Positions 18,245 to 27,940 of a stretch of DNA of 64,000 bases are shown in pieces (position 1 is the stretch's first letter; each line of letters begins with the position of its first letter). Made by a program: the position numbers and the translations under genes. The stretch lies in contig CAZPTD010000001.1 in the NCBI GenBank assembly GCA_964588915.1, positions 2,591-66,590 of the forward strand, written 5' to 3'. This stretch comes from an uncultured Neomegalonema sp. (GTDB lineage: Bacteria; Pseudomonadota; Alphaproteobacteria; Rhodobacterales; Rhodobacteraceae). The notes beneath the pieces were generated by a model. It saw only the letters and a program-made list of their open reading frames with translations, made no database searches and was not told the origin of the DNA.

Positions 18245-19357
18245 TTGACCGACCGCCAACGAATCGTCGACACGGCGTTCAGCGATGTGAAGGTCGGCGA
18301 GCGCACGACCTGGCGGCACGTGGTCCTCGCGACCGATGGCGGCCTGCTCGGGATCGGCGAGGCGACGATCGGCGACGCGGCGCCCGACTTCTCGACGGAG
18401 CTTCGGCGCGCGGCGGCGCTCATCGTCGGCAGACCCGTCGACGCCGAGACGCTTCGGCCGCTCGCGCCGATGCGCAGGCGGAGCCTGCCCGAGCGCACGA
18501 TCCGTTCGGCGCTCGACCAGGCCGTTCGCGATCTCCGCGCTCAGATCGAGGGGCTGCCCCTCTTCCGTCATCTCGCGCCGGACGCGACGCGCCGCGTCTG
18601 CAGCCTTTACGCCAACGTCAACCGAAGGACGCGCGACCGATCGGCCTCGGGCTTCGCGGCGAGCGCCCGCGCAGCGGCCGAGGCCGGCTTCGCCGCGATC
18701 AAATGCGCGCCCTTCGACGGGCTCGCGCCGGCGCTCTGCGCGAAGGATCGCGGCGCCGAGCTCATCGCCGCCGGTCTCGAGCGCTTGCGCGCCGCGGCCG
18801 CGGCGGCGCCCGGCTGCGAGATGATGGTCGACTGCCACTGGCGCCTGAGCGAAAAGGCGGCGCACGCGCTGCTGCCGGCGCTCAGCGAGATCGGCGTCGT
18901 CTGGTTCGAATGCCCGCTGCCGGAGGCGCCGAGCGCCGTCCCGGAGCTTCGGGCCCTCCGCGCGGCCGCCAACCGGCTTGGCGTGCGCCTCAGCGGCCTC
19001 GAGACGTTCGGCGGATGGGACGAGGTCCGCCCCTTCGTCGAGGGCGGCGCCTATGACGTGATCATGCCGGACGTGAAGCATGTCGGCGGCCTCGACGCGC
19101 TCCTCGATCTCGCGCGACGGGCGCAGACGGCGGGCGTCGCGGCGTCGCTCCACAATCCGAGCGGTCCGATCGCCCATCTCGTGAGCGCGCATGCGGCGGC
19201 CGCGCTCGGAAGCGAGGAGCGGCTCGAGCTGCAGTGGAGCGAGAGCCCGCTTTTCTTCGAGATCACCGAGCCGGCGCCGGTCGTCGAGGCCGGCGCGTGC
19301 CGCCCGACCGAGACGCCGGGCCTCGGCGCGCGCTTGAAGGACGGAGCGGCGCCATGA
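18245..19357 (+). CDS. Enolase-superfamily protein (mandelate racemase / muconate lactonizing enzyme family, acid-sugar-dehydratase-like)
   Basis: C-terminal 370 codons of ORF 17912..19357. The upstream part of that ORF is Arg/Ala junk with no ATG or GTG. The best start is the TTG at 18245, and this start is uncertain. Motifs: IGEATIGD, MMVDCHWRLS, YDVIMPDVKHVGG. Confidence 0.78.
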   Translation: MTDRQRIVDTAFSDVKVGERTTWRHVVLATDGGLLGIGEATIGDAAPDFSTELRRAAALIVGRPVDAETLRPLAPMRRRSLPERTIRSALDQAVRDLRAQIEGLPLFRHLAPDATRRVCSLYANVNRRTRDRSASGFAASARAAAEAGFAAIKCAPFDGLAPALCAKDRGAELIAAGLERLRAAAAAAPGCEMMVDCHWRLSEKAAHALLPALSEIGVVWFECPLPEAPSAVPELRALRAAANRLGVRLSGLETFGGWDEVRPFVEGGAYDVIMPDVKHVGGLDALLDLARRAQTAGVAASLHNPSGPIAHLVSAHAAAALGSEERLELQWSESPLFFEITEPAPVVEAGACRPTETPGLGARLKDGAAP

Positions 19358-21399
19358 CCTTGGACGCCTTCCACGAAGGGCTCCTGATGGCGCTCGCATG
19401 GCCGGGCTTCGGGTTTCTGCTGCTCGGCGTGCTGATCGGCGTCTGGCTCGGCGCCGTTCCCGGGCTCGGCGGGCCGATCGGGCTCGTGCTCGTCCTGCCC
19501 TTCACCTACACGATGGACACCTTGCCGGCTTTCGCGATCCTGCTCGGCATCTTCGCGGTGACCTCGACCTCGGACACGATCGCGTCCGTCATGCTCGGCA
19601 TTCCCGGCGCCGCGTCGTCGCAAGCGACGGTGCTCGACGGGCATCCGCTCGCCAAGAAGGGCGAGGCCGCCCGCGCCTTCGGCGCCGCCTTCACGGTCTC
19701 GGCCTTCGGCGGCGTCTTCGGCGCGATGATCCTGGCGCTCTCGCTGCCGATCGCGCTGCCGATCATCCTCGAGTTCAACAATCCCGAGCTCTTCAGCCTG
19801 GCGCTCCTCGGGCTGGTGATGGTCGGCTCGCTGAGCGGCGCGTCGATCCTCAAAGGGCTCGCCGGCGCGGCGTTCGGCCTGCTGCTCTCCTCCATCGGCT
19901 ACGCGCGCGACGCCGCCATCCCGCGCTACTGGATGGAGGAGACGTATCTTCTGGACAAGCTGCCGCTGATCCCGGTGGTGCTCGGCCTCTTCGCGATCCC
20001 CGAACTCATCGACCTCGCCGTCAAGGACCGGACGATCGCGCGCGTGGAGCAGGCGCGCGGCGGCTGGCGGCAGCTGCGCATCGGCGTCGCGGACGCGTTC
20101 CGGAACTGGTGGCTGGCGCTCCGATGCTCGGCGATCGGCGTCTATATCGGCATGATCCCCGGCATCGGCGGCGCCGTCGTCGACTGGATCGCCTACGGCC
20201 ACGCGCTGCAGACGACGAAGAACCCGGAGACTTACGGCGCCGGCGACATCCGCGGCGTCATCGCGCCGGAGGCGGCGAACAACGCGGTGCGCGGCGGCTC
20301 GCTGATCCCGACCGTCGCCTTCGGCGTGCCGGGCTCGGCGATGAACGCGCTTCTCCTGAGCGCGCTCCTCGTCCAAGGGCTGCAGCCCGGCAAGCCGATG
20401 CTGACCACCGAGCTGCCGACGACCTTCGCCATGGTCTGGTACATCGCGCTGGCCAACATCGTCGCCGCCGGCTTGCTGATGGCGCTGGCCAACCAGATCG
20501 CGAAGCTCGCCTTCGTCTCGCCGCATCTGATCGTGCCCGGCGTGATCCTCTTCGTCTTCACCGGCGCCTGGCTGACGCTCGCCGATTTCGGCGACTGGGT
20601 CACGCTGATGAGCTTCGGCGTTCTCGGCTACGTCATGAAGATGGGCGGCTGGCCGCGCCCGCCGGTCATCCTCGCCTTCATCCTCGGCTCGCTGATGGAG
20701 GAGTCGTTCCTGCTCAGCTGGAAGATCCATGAGGGGCTGGGATGGATCGAGCGTCCGATCGTGCTCGTCATCCTGGCGCTGATGGCGCTGACGCTCGCCT
20801 TGTCGGCGCGGCGCGGGCGCAAGCGGCGCGCCGCCGCCCGCGAGCAGGCGGCCAAGGGCGGCGCTCCTAAGGCGGCGGCGCTCGCGAACCGCTTCGAGGA
20901 GCCCGTGGACGCGCTCGCGTCGCTCGTCGTCGGCATCCTTTTTCTTCTGATCTTCGCCGCGGCGACGCCGCCGCTCTTCGAGTGGCCGACCCTCGTCTGG
21001 GCCTTCCCGCTGCTCGCCATCGCGCCCGGCGCGGCGCTCTGCGCGCTCATCGTCGGCCGAGAGGCGATGGCGGCCGACCGGCTGTCGGCGCTCTGGCGCA
21101 AGACGACGGGCGCCGTCGAGACCCGCCGCGCCGTCGTCTTCATCGGCTACTGTCTCGCGATGATGACGGTCGCCTGGTTCTTCGGCCAGAAGATCGCGCT
21201 CTTGCTCCTGGTCGCCGTCTATCTCGTCCGCTGGGGCCGTTACGGCTGGCGCGTCGTCCTGCCTTACGTCGCGCTCTCGGCCGCGATCCTGATCGGCTTC
21301 TACGACCGCGTCGTGCACGTCTTCTGGCTGAAGCCGGTCTTCGACGCAGAAATCCGAGCCGTGATCCCGGATTGGATCCCGGTTTGGCTGATCCTGTGA
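19354..21399 (+). CDS. Tripartite tricarboxylate transporter large permease TctA with a C-terminal TctB-like 4-TM extension (fusion)
   Basis: The ATG at 19354 overlaps the enolase stop (ATGA). Residues 1 to about 500 are TctA-like (GAVPGLGGPIG, GMIPGIGGAVVDWIAYG). After a basic linker (ARRGRKRRAAAREQAAKGG) there are four more hydrophobic helices, about 170 aa in total, the size and topology of TctB. Confidence 0.85.
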   Translation: MTLDAFHEGLLMALAWPGFGFLLLGVLIGVWLGAVPGLGGPIGLVLVLPFTYTMDTLPAFAILLGIFAVTSTSDTIASVMLGIPGAASSQATVLDGHPLAKKGEAARAFGAAFTVSAFGGVFGAMILALSLPIALPIILEFNNPELFSLALLGLVMVGSLSGASILKGLAGAAFGLLLSSIGYARDAAIPRYWMEETYLLDKLPLIPVVLGLFAIPELIDLAVKDRTIARVEQARGGWRQLRIGVADAFRNWWLALRCSAIGVYIGMIPGIGGAVVDWIAYGHALQTTKNPETYGAGDIRGVIAPEAANNAVRGGSLIPTVAFGVPGSAMNALLLSALLVQGLQPGKPMLTTELPTTFAMVWYIALANIVAAGLLMALANQIAKLAFVSPHLIVPGVILFVFTGAWLTLADFGDWVTLMSFGVLGYVMKMGGWPRPPVILAFILGSLMEESFLLSWKIHEGLGWIERPIVLVILALMALTLALSARRGRKRRAAAREQAAKGGAPKAAALANRFEEPVDALASLVVGILFLLIFAAATPPLFEWPTLVWAFPLLAIAPGAALCALIVGREAMAADRLSALWRKTTGAVETRRAVVFIGYCLAMMTVAWFFGQKIALLLLVAVYLVRWGRYGWRVVLPYVALSAAILIGFYDRVVHVFWLKPVFDAEIRAVIPDWIPVWLIL

Positions 21400-21450
21400 G
21401 GCGCGGGATCGAAATACGCGCCCGATGCAACCGGAAGGGAGGAAAACGAC

Positions 21451-22521
21451 ATGCTGACGAGACGAGCGTTCGGACGGATCGCGGCGGGCGCCGCGGGCGC
21501 CGCGGCCCTGCTGCCGCGCAGCGCGTTGGCGCAGGACTACTACGCGGGCAAGACGATCACCTTCATCCTGTCGGTGCCGGCGGGCAGCGGCGGCGATCTC
21601 CACGGAAGGCTGACCGCGAAATACCTCGAGCGGCACATTCCCGGCAATCCGACCATCGTCATCAACAACCGGCCGGGCGGCAACGGCGCGATCGCGCTCA
21701 ACTTCGTCTACGAGCAGGCGCCGAGAGACGGCGCCACGTTCTTTTACGGCGAATGGAACGCCGCCGCCGTCATCGACGAGGCGCCGGGCATCCGCTACGC
21801 GCCGGAGAATATGGGCGTCGTCGGATCGGCGGGCTCCGATTTGGCCCTCGTCGCGCGCCATGACGTGATCCCGGACCATATGGCGCTGGCGAGCCCGGCG
21901 CGGGACTTCATCGTCGGCGGACGCGGCGCGACCAACGCCATCGAGGTGCTCGGCAATCTCGCGCTCAAGACCCTCGGCGTCGACTTCCGCTATGTCGGCG
22001 GCTTCGGCGGCTTCTCGAAGATCCAAGCGGCGATCAAGGCGGACGAGGTCCATGCCGGCCACGCCGGCCTGCCGGGCTATGTCCGGTTCTTCGGCGACGA
22101 CAGCGACGTCGCCTGGGCCGTCTACCACCATCAGCAGTTCGACGTGAACGGCGACGCGCTGCCGAAGAACCCGAAAGCCTATCCCGAAGGCACGCCGAGC
22201 GTGATCGAGGTCCACAACATGCTGCGCGGCTCGGATCCGAGCGGCGATTGGTGGAACGCCTACAAATGGTATCAGAGCAATCTGATGGCCGCGACGACGT
22301 CGATCCTGTCGCCGCCGGGCGTGCCCGAAGAAGCGCTCGCGATCATGCAGGCGGCCTATCAGAGCGTCGCGGCGGACGCGGAGTATCTCGCCGAATACGA
22401 GGCCTCGATCGGCGTGCCGCCGCCCTTCAACTCGACGGAGAAGACGACGAACATTCTTCAGACCTTCCGCGACATTCCCGAAGACGTCGCGGCCACCGTC
22501 CGCGAGATTACCGCCCTCTGA
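21451..22521 (+). CDS. TctC/Bug-family periplasmic substrate-binding protein (divergent), Tat-like signal
   Basis: 356 aa. Signal MLTRRAFGRIAAGAAGAAALLPRSALAQ. Bug-family core: GKTITFILSVPAGSGGDLHGRLTAKYLERHIPGNPTIVINNRPGGNGAIA. Confidence 0.8.
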   Translation: MLTRRAFGRIAAGAAGAAALLPRSALAQDYYAGKTITFILSVPAGSGGDLHGRLTAKYLERHIPGNPTIVINNRPGGNGAIALNFVYEQAPRDGATFFYGEWNAAAVIDEAPGIRYAPENMGVVGSAGSDLALVARHDVIPDHMALASPARDFIVGGRGATNAIEVLGNLALKTLGVDFRYVGGFGGFSKIQAAIKADEVHAGHAGLPGYVRFFGDDSDVAWAVYHHQQFDVNGDALPKNPKAYPEGTPSVIEVHNMLRGSDPSGDWWNAYKWYQSNLMAATTSILSPPGVPEEALAIMQAAYQSVAADAEYLAEYEASIGVPPPFNSTEKTTNILQTFRDIPEDVAATVREITAL

Positions 22522-22591
22522 ACCGGGCGAAGCGCGCAGGAGGGCCGGCCCGCCCGGCCTTCCCGATCATCCCGAACGCAGCGAGCGCCTC

Positions 22592-24058
22592 ATGGATCCC
22601 GCCAACCTCGTGATCGTCATGGCCGACGAGCATGCCGGCAAATACGCCGGCTGCGCCGGCCATCCCGTCGTCAAGACGCCGAACATCGACCGGCTCGCCC
22701 GGCGCGGCGTCCGCTTTCGAAGCGCCTACTCGACGAGCCCGATCTGCATGCCCGCGCGCGCGGCCTTCATGACCGGGCGTTATCCGCATCAGACCGGCTA
22801 TGTCTGCAACGCGACGCCTTATGACGGGCGCGTCCCGGGCTGGCCGCACATGCTGTCGGAGGCCGGCGTCCCGGTCGCGTCGATCGGCAAGCTCCATTTC
22901 CGAGACGAGAGCGTCGCCGCGGGCTTCGACGAGACGCTGATCCCGATGCACGCGGTCGACGGCGTCGGCGACGTCTTCGGCGCCATCCGGCAGAGCGCGC
23001 CGCTGCCGGTGCGCTACGGCGTCCGGCAGGTGGCCGAGCAGGTCGGCGTCGGCGAGTCGCATTACACGCGATACGACCGGTCCATTCTCGCGAGAACGCT
23101 CGAATGGCTGGAGACGACCGCGCCGACGCTGCCGGAGCCCTGGGTCCTCTTCGTCAGCTTCGTCTGCCCGCATTTCCCGCTGATCGCGCCCGAGGAGTTC
23201 TCGGCGCTCTACGACCCGGCGACGCTCGATCCGCCCAAGGCTTGCCGGCCCGAGGACTGGCCCGACCATCCCTGGTTCGACGCCTTTCGCGCCTCCTACA
23301 TCACCGACACCTTCTTCGACGACGATCTCCGGCGCCGGGCGACGGCGGCCTATTTCGGCCTCTGCTCCTTCGTCGACTCGCTGCTCGGCGAGGTGATCGA
23401 CGCCGTCGACGCGAGCGCCTTCGGCGGACGGACGCGGCTGATCTACGCCTCGGATCATGGCGACAATCTCGGCGTCCGCGGGCTCTGGCAGAAGAGCAAC
23501 TTCTACGAGGAATCGGCGCAGGTCCCGCTCATCCTCGCCGGACCGGACGCGCCGGCGGGCGCGGTCTGCGGCGCGCCGGTCTCGCTCGTCGACGTCTATC
23601 CGACGGTCCTTCACGCGACCGGCCTCGGCGACGGCGCGTCGCCGGTCAACGCCGACGCGACAAGCCTCTTCCGCATCGCCGAGGCGCCCGACGATCCGGA
23701 CCGCGTCGTCTTCGGCGAGTATCACGCCGCCGGCGCGGTGAACGGCGTCTTCATGCTTCGGCGCGGCAAGTGGAAATACGTCCATTACGCCCATATGCCG
23801 CCGCAGCTCTTCGATCTCGAGGAGGATCCCGAGGAGCTCGTCGATCTGGGCCGGAGCGCCGCGCGCGCCGAGATCGTCGCCGCCTTCGAGAAGGCGCTCG
23901 CGGAACGGCTCGATCCGATCGAAGTCGACCGCGCGATCAAGGCGGCGCAGCTCGAGATCGTCGAGCGTCACGGCGGGCGCGAGGCGATCCTGGCGCGCGG
24001 CTCGATGGGCGCCTCGCCGCCGCCGGGAACGGCGTTCGAGGGGCTGAAGACCGAGTAG
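22592..24058 (+). CDS. Cys-type (formylglycine-dependent) sulfatase, cytoplasmic (no signal peptide); choline-sulfatase-like
   Basis: 488 aa. Motifs: LVIVMADEH, the C-x-P-x-R motif in SPICMPARAAFMTGRYP, and YASDHGDNLG. Confidence 0.9.
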   Translation: MDPANLVIVMADEHAGKYAGCAGHPVVKTPNIDRLARRGVRFRSAYSTSPICMPARAAFMTGRYPHQTGYVCNATPYDGRVPGWPHMLSEAGVPVASIGKLHFRDESVAAGFDETLIPMHAVDGVGDVFGAIRQSAPLPVRYGVRQVAEQVGVGESHYTRYDRSILARTLEWLETTAPTLPEPWVLFVSFVCPHFPLIAPEEFSALYDPATLDPPKACRPEDWPDHPWFDAFRASYITDTFFDDDLRRRATAAYFGLCSFVDSLLGEVIDAVDASAFGGRTRLIYASDHGDNLGVRGLWQKSNFYEESAQVPLILAGPDAPAGAVCGAPVSLVDVYPTVLHATGLGDGASPVNADATSLFRIAEAPDDPDRVVFGEYHAAGAVNGVFMLRRGKWKYVHYAHMPPQLFDLEEDPEELVDLGRSAARAEIVAAFEKALAERLDPIEVDRAIKAAQLEIVERHGGREAILARGSMGASPPPGTAFEGLKTE

Positions 24059-24136
24059 CTCCGGCGCGCGCCTTCGGGCGCGGCGGCGTCGGGTCGACCG
24101 CCGCGAGGCCGCCGCGCCGCCGCACGCTTCCCGGCG

Positions 24137-25342
24137 CTAAAGCGCCCACGCCTCGGCGCGCCATTGCGGCAGGCCGCGCACGTCGCCGGCGTCCGCGTCG
24201 GTGATCGTCGCCATGTCCGGCGCGTTTGCGACCGCCTCGTAGGCCGCGCCGGTCACCGCGGCGGCGGCGCCGAGGATCCCGGTCACCAGCGCGGCGTCGA
24301 GCGCGGTCTCGAAGATCTCCGGCTCCTCCGAAAGGCCGACGAGCGTCCGCGCGTCGCCTTCGGTGATCCAGCTCCAACCGCGCCGGTACCAGAGCGTCGC
24401 CTCGACCACGTCCTTGCGCGCGTCCACGGACGCCGATTGCGGCCAATGCTCGCCGATGATCTCGACAACCGCGCCCGGATCCATCGCCGAGAGATCGGCG
24501 GCCGCCTGGTGATTGGCGACGAGAAACGCGGTGACGGCCTCGGGATGCTCGCGCATGAACTGGCTGCGCACCGCCCACCAGATGCGATGCGGATAGAACG
24601 CCTCCGGCGCGAAGGCGGCGTTCGAGAACCAGGAGAGCGTATGGCCGGCGCCCTCGCCTTCCGGGCCGCTATAGTGCTTGCCGGTCGTGCCGTAATTGGT
24701 GATCAGCGTCTCGAGGAGCCCGCGCTCCTCGGCGCCGAAGCTGCCCGGATTGAGGCCGACGACGGCGTCGACGCCGTCCTGCGGCTCGAAGAGCTCGGTG
24801 ACCGCGGTGATGTTGCGCATGGTGATGTCGACCGCGTCGGCGTCGGAGGAGCCGAAATAGGCCTTGAGCATCAGCGCCCATTCGAGATGCAGGTCCGAGC
24901 CGACGATGGTGAGCACGGTCTTGCCGCGCATGTCCTCCATGTTGCGGATCGGGCTGTCGGGCTTCACCTGCACCGGAAAGTCGAGCCCGCCGCCGGCGAT
25001 CGCGATCGGCGCCGCCGGATCGGGCGTCGCGAGCAGCCGGATCAAGGGCGTCGATCCGAGCATGCCGTATTGGAGCTGGCCGGCGGCGACCGCCTGGAGC
25101 ATGCGCAGGAGCGCCTGGAAGTCCTGAAACTCCGGCGCGACGTCGATCCCGGCGGCCTCGGACGCCTTCTCGATCAGCCCCCGCTCCTGCATGTAGACGA
25201 CGAGCGGCCCGCCATTGGTGTGCGTGCCGACGCCGATCGGCATCTCGATCCGCCCCTGCGCGAGCGCGCGCGGGCTGGCGAAGGCGGCGACGAGCCCGAG
25301 GGCGGCGCTGGTCCGAACGGCGTCGCGGCGTGTCATGCGCAT
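24137..25342 (-). CDS. ABC substrate-binding protein, NMT1/SsuA (nitrate/sulfonate/bicarbonate) family, Tat-like signal
   Basis: ORF 24137..25348. The ATG at 25342 has the best spacing to GGGAGG. Signal MTRRDAVRTSAALGLVAAFASPRALAQ. It is followed by NitT/TauT-type ATPase and permease genes. Confidence 0.8.
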   Translation of the reverse strand: MRMTRRDAVRTSAALGLVAAFASPRALAQGRIEMPIGVGTHTNGGPLVVYMQERGLIEKASEAAGIDVAPEFQDFQALLRMLQAVAAGQLQYGMLGSTPLIRLLATPDPAAPIAIAGGGLDFPVQVKPDSPIRNMEDMRGKTVLTIVGSDLHLEWALMLKAYFGSSDADAVDITMRNITAVTELFEPQDGVDAVVGLNPGSFGAEERGLLETLITNYGTTGKHYSGPEGEGAGHTLSWFSNAAFAPEAFYPHRIWWAVRSQFMREHPEAVTAFLVANHQAAADLSAMDPGAVVEIIGEHWPQSASVDARKDVVEATLWYRRGWSWITEGDARTLVGLSEEPEIFETALDAALVTGILGAAAAVTGAAYEAVANAPDMATITDADAGDVRGLPQWRAEAWAL

Positions 25343-25368
25343 CTTCATTCCTCCCGATGCTGTTTTCG

Positions 25369-26169
25369 TCAGGCTTCAAGGATGGCGCTTCGCGCTTCTT
25401 CTCTGATCTCGCTCCAGATCGCTTCGACGAGCTCGCCCTCGCGGGCCGGGTTCCGGCGGCGGAAGCGCGGGCGCGGGATGTCGATGGTCACCGCGGCCTT
25501 GACCCGGCCCGGGCGGCGGCCGAGGACGATCACGCGGTCGGCCAGGAGCACCGCCTCGTCGATGCCATGGGTTACGAAGAGCGCCGTCGGCCGCTCCGAG
25601 GCCGGGCGCTCCTCGCCCCAGACGCGCAGGATCTCCTCTTGGAGCAGGGTTCGCGTCTGCAGGTCGACGGCGGCGAGCGGCTCGTCCATCAGCCAGGTCT
25701 CGGGCGCGTTGGCGAGCATCCGCGCGAGCGCGCAGCGCTGGCGCATGCCGCCCGAGAGCTCGTGCGGCAGGCGGCGCTCGAAGCCTCCGAGGCCGACGGC
25801 GGCGATCAACCGCTCCACCGTCGCGGCGATCTCGCCCTTCGGCGCGCCGAGCGCGCTCGGGCCGAAGCCGATATTCTGCTCGACGCTGAGCCACGGAAAG
25901 AGCGCGTAGTCCTGGAAGAGCACGCCGCGCTCGGGTCCGGGCCCGGAGATCGGCGCGCCGTGGTGGTAGGCTTCCCCCGAACTCGGGCCGACGATGCCGG
26001 CGACGATCGAGAGCAAGGTGGACTTGCCGCAGCCGGACGGTCCGACGACCGCCACGAACTCGCCCGGCGCGACCGAGAGCGTCACGTCCGCGAGCGCGGT
26101 CACGCGTTCGCCCGAGCGCGGCGAGGCGAAGGTCTTCGAGAGAGACCGGATCTCGATCGCCGGCGTCAT
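25369..26169 (-). CDS. ABC transporter ATP-binding protein (NitT/TauT family)
   Basis: Last 266 codons of ORF 25369..26931. The ATG at 26169 overlaps the upstream permease stop (ATGA). Motifs: GPSGCGKST, LSGGMRQRCALARML, WLMDEPLAAVD. Confidence 0.9.
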   Translation of the reverse strand: MTPAIEIRSLSKTFASPRSGERVTALADVTLSVAPGEFVAVVGPSGCGKSTLLSIVAGIVGPSSGEAYHHGAPISGPGPERGVLFQDYALFPWLSVEQNIGFGPSALGAPKGEIAATVERLIAAVGLGGFERRLPHELSGGMRQRCALARMLANAPETWLMDEPLAAVDLQTRTLLQEEILRVWGEERPASERPTALFVTHGIDEAVLLADRVIVLGRRPGRVKAAVTIDIPRPRFRRRNPAREGELVEAIWSEIREEARSAILEA

Positions 26170-26972
26170 CGGGCGCGCTCCCAGGGCGCCGCGCGGCGAT
26201 GGAGCCAGCGCAAACCGCGATCGAGCGTCAGCCCGATGACGCCGATCACCAGCATGTAGAGAACCAGCCCGTCGACGTCGCGGTCGACGAAGAGCGTCGA
26301 GACCATCAGCTGGCCGAGCCCGGCCTCGATGCGGCCGCCCGTCTCGAGCTTGACGCCGATGGCGAGCTCGGCCGCGACGATCGACGCCCAGGCGAAGCCC
26401 ATCGCGATCCGCGCGCCGGTGACGGTCGCCGGCGCCGCGGCCGGAATGACGACCCGCGTCAGGATCCGCCATCGGCTCGCGCCGAGCGTGCGGGCGGCGT
26501 CGACGAGACGCAGATCGACGCGCCGCGCCGCCTCGGACGCATTGAGGATCACCGGGAAGATCGCGGCGTAGGCGACGATGAACACGGCGGCCGAGCCGGT
26601 GACGCCGAACCAGAGCACCGCGAACGGAATGAGCGCGATCGGCGCGATCGAGCGCAGGGCGTTGACGATCGGGCCGATGGCGCGGTCGACGATCCGGAAC
26701 CGGCCGATGGCGACGCCGAGGATCACGCCGAGCGCGGCGGCGACGGCGAAGGCGAGGAGCACGCGCTCCATGCTCTGCTGGATCGCGATCGGCAGCTGGC
26801 CGCTGAACATCCGGTCCCAGAACGCCTCGGCGACGCCGCTCGGCGACGGGTAGCGCTCCGGCCGCTCCGAGGCGCGGACGAGCAGCTCGGCCGCCGCGAG
26901 CGCGCCGATATAGGCCGTCGCCGGCAGCCAAAACGCCGCTCTGCGCGGCATGGAGAGGCGCGCCGCGGTCAT
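26166..26972 (-). CDS. ABC transporter permease (NitT/TauT family)
   Basis: ORF 26166..27119 trimmed to the ATG at 26972 (ATGA overlap with the upstream permease). EAA-loop-like region ASEAARRVDLRLVDAARTLGASRWRILTRVVIPAAAP. Confidence 0.88.
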   Translation of the reverse strand: MTAARLSMPRRAAFWLPATAYIGALAAAELLVRASERPERYPSPSGVAEAFWDRMFSGQLPIAIQQSMERVLLAFAVAAALGVILGVAIGRFRIVDRAIGPIVNALRSIAPIALIPFAVLWFGVTGSAAVFIVAYAAIFPVILNASEAARRVDLRLVDAARTLGASRWRILTRVVIPAAAPATVTGARIAMGFAWASIVAAELAIGVKLETGGRIEAGLGQLMVSTLFVDRDVDGLVLYMLVIGVIGLTLDRGLRWLHRRAAPWERAR

Positions 26973-27817
26973 GAGCCGTCGCTCCGAGCGTGGTCCGGCG
27001 ACCAGCGCAGCAGCCGCGTCTGGATCGCGCGCAGGATCGCGTCGAACGCGTAGCCGAGGATCCCGACGACGAGAATCACCGCCATCGTCTTGTCGAGCGC
27101 GAAGAACTGCTCGTACCAATAGGCGCGCCAGCCGAGGCCGGAATCCGCGCCGATGAGCTCGGCGCCGATCAGCGTCATCCAGCTCACGCCGAGGCTGAGT
27201 CGCAGGCCGCTGAAGATCATCGGCGTCGCCGCCGGCAGCACGACGCGGCGCTGGATGGCGAGCGGCGTCGCGCCGAGCACGCGGGCGGCGGCGATCAGAT
27301 TCGGATCGACGCCGCGGACGCCGGCGAGCGTGTTGATGAAGATCGGAAAGACCGAGACATAGGCGATCAGGAAGATCGGCACGGTCTCGCCGACGCCGAA
27401 CATCAGGATCGCGAGCGGGATCCAGGCGATGCCGCTGATCGGACGCAGGAGCTCGACCAGCGGATCGATCAGGATCGCGATCGGCCGGATCGAGGCCGCG
27501 ACGAAGGCGAGCGCGAAGCCGATCGAGACGCCGATCGCCATGCCGGCTCCGAGATGGCGGAGACTGGCGAGGATGTCGAAGACGAGCTCGTCCGCGAGGA
27601 TGTCGGCGAGCGCGGCGAGCACGCTCGCGGGCGGCGGCAAGAGGACCGGGTTTTCGACCTGCCAGGCGGCGAACGCCCAGGCGCCGTAGACCAGCGCCAA
27701 GCCGGCGATCGGCGCTGCGACGGCCAAAACGACGCGGCGGACCGCCGCCGTCCGCCTCTTGGAGGACGCGGCGGCGGGCGGAGCGTCCGAATCGTTCGCC
27801 GTCGCCTCCGCAGGCAT
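26969..27817 (-). CDS. ABC transporter permease (NitT/TauT family)
   Basis: ORF 26969..27910 trimmed to the ATG at 27817, which is preceded by GGGAGG (reverse complement of 27823-27828). EAA-loop-like region GVRGVDPNLIAAARVLGATPLAIQRRVVLPAATP. Confidence 0.88.
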   Translation of the reverse strand: MPAEATANDSDAPPAAASSKRRTAAVRRVVLAVAAPIAGLALVYGAWAFAAWQVENPVLLPPPASVLAALADILADELVFDILASLRHLGAGMAIGVSIGFALAFVAASIRPIAILIDPLVELLRPISGIAWIPLAILMFGVGETVPIFLIAYVSVFPIFINTLAGVRGVDPNLIAAARVLGATPLAIQRRVVLPAATPMIFSGLRLSLGVSWMTLIGAELIGADSGLGWRAYWYEQFFALDKTMAVILVVGILGYAFDAILRAIQTRLLRWSPDHARSDGS

Positions 27818-27940
27818 GGCTCCTCCCAGGTCGTCGGCGTTCTCGCCGGATCGACGGTCCCGGCGCTCGGCCGAGCGCGGCCGGCCCGATGCGCGGCGGC
27901 GCGCGGTCAATTCGGCGCGCCCGTCGCGATCGGCCTCAGC

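Noticed and set aside
24067-24082. A 6-bp GC stem with a TTCG loop between the convergent sulfatase and SsuA-like genes, considered as a possible bidirectional terminator.
   Set aside because: The stem is short, there is no U-tract on either strand, and such hairpins are frequent in DNA of this GC content. Not reported as a feature.
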